Assembly: GCA_004764695.1 (NCBI GenBank)
Contig: SMSO01000031.1
Span: 2,704,436 to 2,768,435, forward strand
DNA from: Schizochytrium sp. TIO01
Taxonomy: Eukaryota; Protista; Bigyra: Labyrinthulomycetes
DNA length: 64,000 nucleotides
Reading direction: 5' to 3'
In this document: positions 39,201 through 48,200 of the stretch, piece by piece
Layout: the number at the start of each line of letters is the position of its first letter
Position numbering within the stretch: the stretch's first letter is position 1
Made by a program: the position numbers and the translations under genes
The notes under the pieces: model-generated
Seen by the model: the letters and a program-made list of their open reading frames with translations, nothing else
Database searches by the model: none
What the model was told of the DNA's origin: nothing

Positions 39201-42200
39201 ACTTTAGCGACAAATTGAAGTAGTTCTTTACAAAAGAGCGAAGGCCCGGGGCTTGCCCCATCCCTTCGTCGTAAAAGACGATTAATCAGAGCAAGTAATC
39301 GAGACCATGGGAGAGCCTGTATCATAGTGTATAAACTGTTAATACGAGTGGCACCATTTTCAATGGATGCTGCCGCATCCAGGAAATCGGAGAGCATACT
39401 AAGTGCAGATATTTTAATACGAACAGAGGGCGAACGAAGAGCCAAGAGCCAGGTCGTGAAAAGGGTCAAATGTAACTCACTTCCTAAAGGAGCCACGCTC
39501 AGAAGCTGGCGCGTTGCCCAGTCTACAAACCATAGCATTGACTCACTGCTTTCCACTGCAGAGAATGAATCATCGCGAACCTGCTGAGTATCAGCTGAAA
39601 ACTCTGCTGATGCAGCCCTTCTTAGAGTTTGCTTCACGCATAATAGAAGCTCCGCGACGAAACTTTTACTTCGTGATATACACGTGGACGAGAATTCATA
39701 AATACTTTTAGGAATATTCCAAAGGCAAGCCTTTGCATCGCCTGTAATAGAACGTAGGCAATCATGTGCATAAAGGGGGAATTTTTGGAAGCTTTCTGAA
39801 ACAAGAAGTTGAACTAACTTTGCACGCTGTGTTTCGTTTATGAAAGCGTTAAAGGAGCCTCCTTCGACGATCAGGATACGAAGGATAACTACTCTAGCTT
39901 GCAAAACGCTGAGAACCTCTGCTAAATAACGAAACTCCTCATAAAGGTCTGCTAGAGAATACTTCTCTAGTAAATGACAATAAGATGCACGTGAGTCAGC
40001 ACTTGGGCCCCAGTGTCGCTGAGAGGCGCGCTGTAGCTCTGAGTGCATCCTGTTCTTTTCGTTTCGATACTTGGACCCAGATCGGCGTCCTCCAATATGT
40101 ACCTTTCCTTCCAAGCCTTGCCCACGGTTGTCCCAACCTGTATACGATGAAATTGAGCTAGCAGAGGCGAGTTCGTTCTCGTCAACATTACGATCTAGGT
40201 TATCCATTTCAAGGTAGTCATCTTCTCCTGGACAGACATGAGGTGTTTCTTCCTTGTTTCCAGATGATGCAGAGATAGCAGCAGCAGCAGCAGCAGCAGC
40301 AGTAGGAGCTGGATTCTCAGAACCCCTGCTATCTGTACCGCCAGATTCATTTTGTGCATCGTCTGTAACCCCACTGGTGATTTCACTTCGTGACACCTCC
40401 TCTGGTTCATCATCGATGCTATAACTAGGTTCCTCTGCCTCTTCTTCACTTTGTTCATCTTGACTCCTTGACATTGCTAGTGCAATTCGCTCATCAAGCA
40501 AGTCACCATGTGTGCAAATATATGAAATCGCTGCTGTGACATCGAGACCATTTCGCTGCAATGCAAACTCTGCCCAGCGGCGGGGGAAACCCATGTCCAT
40601 TAATGTTAATACACTTTCTGCAGGAACTGCGACTCGCCTCGACGAATTGCTATTTTCTCCAGCCATACGTCTGCTCCGACGAGGTGCAAGGTCAGCTGCA
40701 GCGCCGGATTGTGCTTGATGGTTAGAAGAAAGCTCTATACTATCAAGTGCGATTTCATCTGCGTTAGATTGAATCCCGAGTTCATCAAGAGATTGAACAC
40801 TTTCTGCGGTCTTACTTCCATCCTGCATTGTTTGGGACCCTTGCATTGAATTCCGGCCTCGAGAGAGTTCGTCGAGTAGAATGGTGAGTCGCTCTGACAA
40901 AACATTCAAATCTGGGATGCGGAAAAGTGGAATTTTCCTAAAAGCAAGATCGAGCATTACTGAGAGGTTTCTCTCTGGAAAATAACTCAATGTTGCAGAC
41001 GCTGAGTCTATACTTTGCAAGGGTCTGTCTTCTAGATTTTTAGTCTTCTGCGATTTTTGAAAGCTCAAATTAGCCAAGGCTTGAATTCCCAACAGCTGAG
41101 CTAAGGCTTTTTGATAACACAAGGAAGTCTTAACTTGACTTTCCAGTTTGGGGCGAAGAACATAGTCATTTTCAGCATCTTGAATCTTAACCCATGCAGC
41201 TTGAGAGAGGGTTGCATCTTGTTTATCTTCAACGTTATTTTCATGAAAGCTTTCTAATTGAATCCATAGACCCACTCTCTGCGAGGCAGTAACCACAAGG
41301 GAAGACTTCTTCTCTTCTGGATCGAAAAGTGGGTTCAAATTTCCAATGACTGCAGCTGCATCGTCAGGAGCATCCCGTACATTGATTGTCTTAGGGGCTG
41401 TCGAAAATAGTTCGAAGTCGCGTCTCCAAGAGCTTGTTAGCCATGATCCATAAGGCAGTGACTCTTGCGAAAAATGCTGTAAAGCCTTCAACAAACCACT
41501 ATCTGTATTTAGACGAACAGCATTTATATCTTGGCGCAGATAGACATGGTCTGCACCGATATGGATAAGCTGTTTATCAAAATTGATGGTCTTAGTTGAG
41601 CGATTCTCAAAGCGTCGCCAAACCTCAAGTTTTTCTAAATCACTGAGATCTTTTGAACCACCGCTCTGTGTCCATGCAAGCTGATAGAATGCTGAAGAAG
41701 TAGTATTCATTTCAATGATGAAGTGCATAGGGTCAAAAGCATGGACTGGGGCACCAGGCATAAGTTTCAATACTGTTCCTGAAATCACTGCCAAAGCAGC
41801 GTTACAAAAAGCAAATGTTTTGGCTTGCCCCCCATCTAGCTCGCGCCCTGAAGCGTGAGAATCTATCGTTGCCGTATCACCTTCATCCAGGCCGCTGCTA
41901 ACCGAGGTGGCGGGAGTTGAAGCTTCGCCCTCTCCTGCAGATGTAAGAATCGCTGAGCCTGCATCAATAGCATGCTCAAGCAGACTATGAATTGTGCTCT
42001 TCCAATGCGAGAACCTTTGAAGTTTTCTCAATGTCCGAATAGCTTCAATGCTTTGTAGAAGTTTTGACTCCTGCAGAGATGAATTACAGCTTGCATAAAA
42101 GCCTCCTGCCGCGATCTCAAGTAAGAACTCGCCTATATTATGAACCTCGTTATCCTCCAGATGGACTTCGCTAGGATTTATCAAAGGTAGCATGCCGCGA

Positions 42201-45200
42201 AAGATGCGGAATATATTCTGCTGAACAGAATCAGGTCCATTCTGCGCAAGGGAGCAAAGAATCGAAAGCCACTCAGGCGAACTGATTCGCCGATGACACG
42301 ATGGAGTTGTACAGGTAGACAAAACCACCGATGTGATTTCCTCCATATGTAAGACCGCATCGTCTTGCATGTCTGGTAAAAATGCCTTCGTTTCAAAACT
42401 ACGGTTTTCTGGGAGAAAGGTCACCTTTTCAGAATCATCAGCAGGCTCTGGTGCGTCACGTGGATTGTTATTTTGCTCCTGTTCTTCTTTCGACTCTGTG
42501 AAAATCTCAGCTGCTGAACAAAGTTCATGCAGGAGCAGATTAAAAACAGACGCATTTAAGGATTGCGGCCCCGAGCGCACATGACTGAGCAGCATTGGAT
42601 GCATGTCTTTGGAAACACTTGAATTTGTCACTGGTCGAGAAGCAGCAACTTGTGAACAAAGTAGATAAAATGTTTTCATAGCTGCACGTCCGACAAGTTG
42701 ATTCGCAACGTTGGTTTGTACATCTTGGTCAGACATCTTCTTTGGGCCATCAATTTGACTATCTTCACCAATCGCTTCTCGGGTTGAGTCCATGATGCGA
42801 TGCAGAGTCTCTAAAAGACTTGTTCTTGCTAAAAGCTCATGATCGACCGGGGCAAGTTTAACTCCTAAAGTATCAAGAATTGCCAAATGAAGACTTGCTG
42901 CATGGTAAGGAGGAAAGACAGAACTCGCTTGAAGTAGCTCAGCTAGTGATCTGCCAAGCGCTGCAAACCCTGCCGCAACCGACATTTGAGATTCAACCCC
43001 ACTAGCACCTAGATCGGTAAGATAATGCCACGGTTTCTGATTCGTAGATGTAGATTCGTCCTGCCAGTTTCTCAAAGCACTTGAGACAGGAAGCAAAGCT
43101 GCCGCGTATAAAGGCAACGTGTGAATAGACAGTGGCATGTTTGACAGTGTCGCCGCAAGTGCACGAAAGCCTCTTTCCCTCATACTTGCACATAAACGAA
43201 GTCTAATGAAGCGGTCATGCAAACGCCCAATAGTAACTTCATTAGGAGAAAGAATATCATGAATGAAACTGACCACTTGTGATACAACATCCTGGAACGT
43301 TGCATACGCCCGAGAGGCCGCACTGCTAAGTAAAGATTGACCTAATGACCATGAAGAACGGATTGACGAAGAACCCAGTGACCTTGATCTTGCAAGAAAG
43401 CGAGAGCGACCCATTTCCTGAAATGAGGGCACAGAAGATGTTGGAGTAAGCGTTGGTGGCGAACCAAGTTTTGACTGAAGATGTGAAGCCGTAGAGGAGA
43501 GATTTGATGTTGATCGGCTTGAGGGAAGCATAGATTGAAAAGACAAAGGTAATCCCAATGACTCCCTAAACGCAGCAAGTGCTGCAGCAGGAGCATTGAT
43601 TTCTTCATCAGAGGGAGAAATTGCAGGCTCAAAGTCAAACAAGAAGCGCACTGCTTGCTTGATACTATGCAAGAACGTTCCTCCTGAGTTCAGGCCTTGC
43701 GTAGAGGTGGATGATTTCATCTGACGAACAATCCAAGCTCTTGTCTCGTGTGCTGAGCGCCAAATAGCAACGAGATCTGGATGAGGACGCACTTGCACTT
43801 CTTTGCTAGATGGATGCTCTGCTAGGTCGTGCGCCATCTGCATGGCTACGTTCAGCCAACCGGTGTGGTGGAGCATTGCAGCAACGATTCCCAGAGTCAC
43901 TCGTGAGATATCGTCATCATAAGCTGCCCCGTCCTTAGGGTATTGGTGCAGGTTTAGGTGGCGTGAAAGCCATTGATGCAAATGGCGAGCAGCACCTCTA
44001 TTGCTGATAATATCCACTACTCCATCTGGCAATGCAGAGTGTTTGGCTGTGTGCTGATCTTCGATCACGGGCAACAAACTCTTATCTCTAACATCATGAT
44101 GCGATGCAAGTGAAGTCTGCCATGCAACGCGACCCTGCAGATCATGTAGCAAGCATCCATCCGACCTAAGACCATGCATGAGTAAATTAGAATTGCACCA
44201 TTTCATTAACTCTGGGGCATCAAGAAGCGATGCATCATTGGTTGAAGAGCTCTTATTGCTTGGTTTATCATTCTCCAAGTCAGTATCTTGAGATTCATTT
44301 GTAAAAGTAGATGTAGGAAGAGAGTCGCCGTGTAGGCCATTCACATTTCCAGGAGTGTATTGAGGCAAGCCAACACTGATGGGCTTGGAAACGATAAGTG
44401 CTGAACATACTTTGCCTAGAGCTGCGCTGGTCAGCATTGTTAGATTGCATACCTTGTCAGTATCTGAACAACCCAGCTGCGCTCTTTGAATGATTTGTAA
44501 ATGTTTACAAACACGCTCCACCCAGTTGAGGTTTGTTAATGGCCAGAGCAAAATCCATGCGATGGGAAACGTGAGAACAGAATCTAGTAGCTTAATTCCT
44601 CGGTGATGTTGATATGCAGAGCTCACATGCACGAGGATCGTCTCCATAACCTCCTCCACGAAAAGGTTTTTCGCTACAGTCTTATTCAATTGCGACCTTA
44701 GTTTACTGTTGTTCAACATCCAATGGCCATGTGATGGCTCACCATCGGTGTATGCTACAAGCTGGGCAGTGTCACCCTCTTCATATGTGCAGATGGCAGG
44801 ATAAATGAGGCCATCGTCGGAGTGCTTGAACACTTCAGGAAGCGGGAAAAGACCAATGATCCGGCCTGAACCTCCATGGGTTCCAGTGCTGTTCGCATCT
44901 GCAATTTCCAGTGTCTGGGCATTCGTGTCAAGCGTCAAAAGTACTGTAGAGCCACTTGAGAATGTGTTTGTAGAACAAACCCCGCGCTGTGTAGCTTTAG
45001 CATTGTGATAAATATCACCTCCTAGAAGAAAACCAAAACTCTTCTTATCATTTCCAATAAAAGAGTCCAAACGCATCCCTTTACCACCAATGCCAACGAA
45101 CATGTGAGAATTTCCATTACATCGGATGATTTTCACTTTCCACGAATGCGTTCCTGATCGATTCGCATAGCCTACATTCGACAGAACAGTTCCCCAATGT

Positions 45201-48200
45201 TTATTTTTGCGGTGAATCACAGTGCGACCATCTCTACGGACTTCAACGAAGCGAGAAGCAAACTTTGTGCTTAGTTCCACACCATGAACATCAACGTGCG
45301 CTGCCGCAAACTGGGATGGTCCTGAGGTTGTCATATCCACAACAATTGGATCGCTCCACCATGCTTCGACCGATATTTGTTCATCTCCATGCTCACTAGA
45401 ATTAGATTGAGGCTGATCAGATGACGAGTTGTCATCAAGGCTTGTCATTGTAATATTCGATGCTGACCGCAGCCTCGTCAGTTGAAATCCTCTCCATAAA
45501 AAATTCTGAATAAGATGCATAGAAGTTGGAGAACTAATATTTTCTGCAGTTTCACCCCAAACCTGACTCTGTATGAAAGAAAGGACAATACGCAAAAGTT
45601 TGAGCCCTGCTTCCTGCTTCAATGAAGAATTGGATAAGACATTTCCTTTTCTTTGCCCCAAATCATTTGTGATACCACGTAACGTGATGTAAACAAGTTG
45701 CACAAGGTCCTTGTGCAGGGAAGCATGTTGTTTTGCATGACGTATATGTTGTTGCGAGTTAGTGGTAGAGTCGAGATGACTTTCTTCAGCAGTTTCTGCC
45801 TTGATCTCATGAGTTGGACGTGTAGTGGTTTCAGTATCTCCAACGAAGTCTTCTTCTGTAGATTCGATGCTAAACTCTCCTGACTGAACACGGGCAGCCA
45901 AATCAGTGTAGAGTTCTACCACTCGCTCGCTAGGTAAAGCTCTTACAAGAATAACCTCATTTTGATTGAGGCCACAGTCTCCAAGCCACTGAGATGGAGC
46001 AACCTGCTGCATGTAGCGAACAACCTTTCTCTTGGTAATTACATTGTCGCTGCCAAGGTTTAAATTTGCAGCAGTCGCAACCGCACTAGTAGACATTGAT
46101 GACTGACTAGGATGAAGGGATACGCGTACAAAATCAACTGACCAGCGCAGGTTTCCAGAGAGGGGTCCAGAAACTTGGCTGAGAGCCTCGCGGCGGCTTA
46201 ATTCAGATGTCCAGTTTGTACGACCGGTGCTGCTCTTGGAAGCACTGGGGACTAATTGCAAGGCTTCGGCTAAACGATTAGGATGCATCACAAGGTTGTC
46301 ACACAAAAGTGAAAGAAGATACTCCCGATCCTTGTCCGCACGAGGTACTAGGGAAGAACCAGTACTATGGGAAGAAGTAGCTGTTTGGCTGAAACTACCA
46401 CGAAGAAATAGTTGAGTCAACACCCCTCGCCGGTCTGTTGGGTGTGCGTAGAAGATACCAAAGCCTTCTCCGAGACACCTCAAAGCACCTTCTCGCAGCT
46501 CTGAAGAAGCAGAACCGCCAAGAATTTTACTTCGGTCAACAATGTCAAGAAGAGAGGACCTCAGCTTAATCACATTGGGGATTCCGGATTCTGATGCCGT
46601 CGTATGAATATGTTGAGGAGGTAGGCCAAGCCCCACAGAAGCTGGGTTTAGTTTTTGTGCTGAAAGAGCTTCGAGATTATCTTTCATCATTTGCAACACT
46701 GAGATTAGCATCCAGGTTACTGTAGTTTCTTCATCACAGTCATCATCGTGATTCATACTCGCAGACCTGGGTTTCCGACCCGTGTTTCTTTCCCTGCATG
46801 TTTCGAGGTCTTGAACAAGCTGTCGAACAAGAGACTGGAGAAGCAAAAACGTATGTACATGAGGCTGGACACTGCTAGTTGGAGCATCCAAAGAAATACC
46901 AGCGTCCAAAAGATCCTTTTGAGACGAGACGAACTCCCGTGTCATCCGAAGAAGGCTTCCAAGGGTGTGTAGAAAAGTGCGAGCAATATTCTGCCTGGCC
47001 TTTTTTAGACGCACGATTATGTTCTGATTACCTTCACGCTGATTCATTGAATGAGTAATTTTCTCTGCATACTCGAGAATGCTCTGTGAAAAGTTGGGGG
47101 TTGATCCTGTGGAGTGGGAGGTTTCCTTTTCATTGCTATGTCGTTCTACAGGAGCCGCCGAGTGAGTATCACGTTGAAGAGATTCTTTGAGCATATATGG
47201 AATGAAAGTAGTGTCCATTCTTGCTTCTCCCATTATTTTAAAGCAATTGTGAAGTTCCAATAATTCATCACCAGAGCGGTGAAGGTATCGCCCCTCTGCC
47301 TCATCTGCACGGAGTCTGAAGAGCAAAATCTTTCGCAAAGATTCATCAAGTTCAAATACTCGTCCACCTCTATTTTGTAGTTCTCGAGCACCAAGACTTC
47401 GTTTCCAACAACGAATTTCCGCGAGGTGGCCCTGAAACTGATTCATCACAAGAGGTTTCATTGACACTTCGGACTCTTCGTGATTGTTGGTTTTGGTTGT
47501 ATCTAGCTCGTTCTCCGGTATTTGCCAGCGCGGTTGAGCACCAATAACCCAAATGCCTCGTCGTGCTTCAAGTTTTGTATTCCAAAAGCTGTCAAGTATA
47601 AAACGCGACTCATTTGTTGGAGTCGCCAAATCACCTTGTGAGGCGTCGCTGTCACTCTGCAGCCTTCGTTTGCGGGTGTCGGTATTCACCATTGACCCGT
47701 CTACGACTATACAAACAGAAGGTCTGCGGTAAGATCTTGCATAGACGGCAACACGGATATGATGCCATTTACCCGGGATGATTACTGCTTTCTGGGACCA
47801 TGTTGATGATTCACTATATTGAAGTTGAGTAAAGAGGTAGCCATCTCCAACAAGACCAACTCTTGTGCACGGGTACGACGACTTACTTAATTCGAGGTCT
47901 GTTCTAGAGAAAAGTGTATAGATTTGCGCTGCACTTTCTGGTGTTCCGTATAATTCAGGCTCCCAGCATATCATAGCTTCAAAAGTAAAGTCTTCGCTAA
48001 GTTTTAAGACAGAGCTATATCCCGGATCATCGACTAGAATTGCACTGGAAACAGCATCGCCACGCGGGATATAAAAACATGCAGGTTCAACAACAGCTGC
48101 GAGTGGATAAAGAGAAGTACCAAATGGAAGGCTTGCATCAGCGGGATTGTGTGTAGAAGGATTATACCATGTTTGAAGAATTGAAGACAGATTCACATTA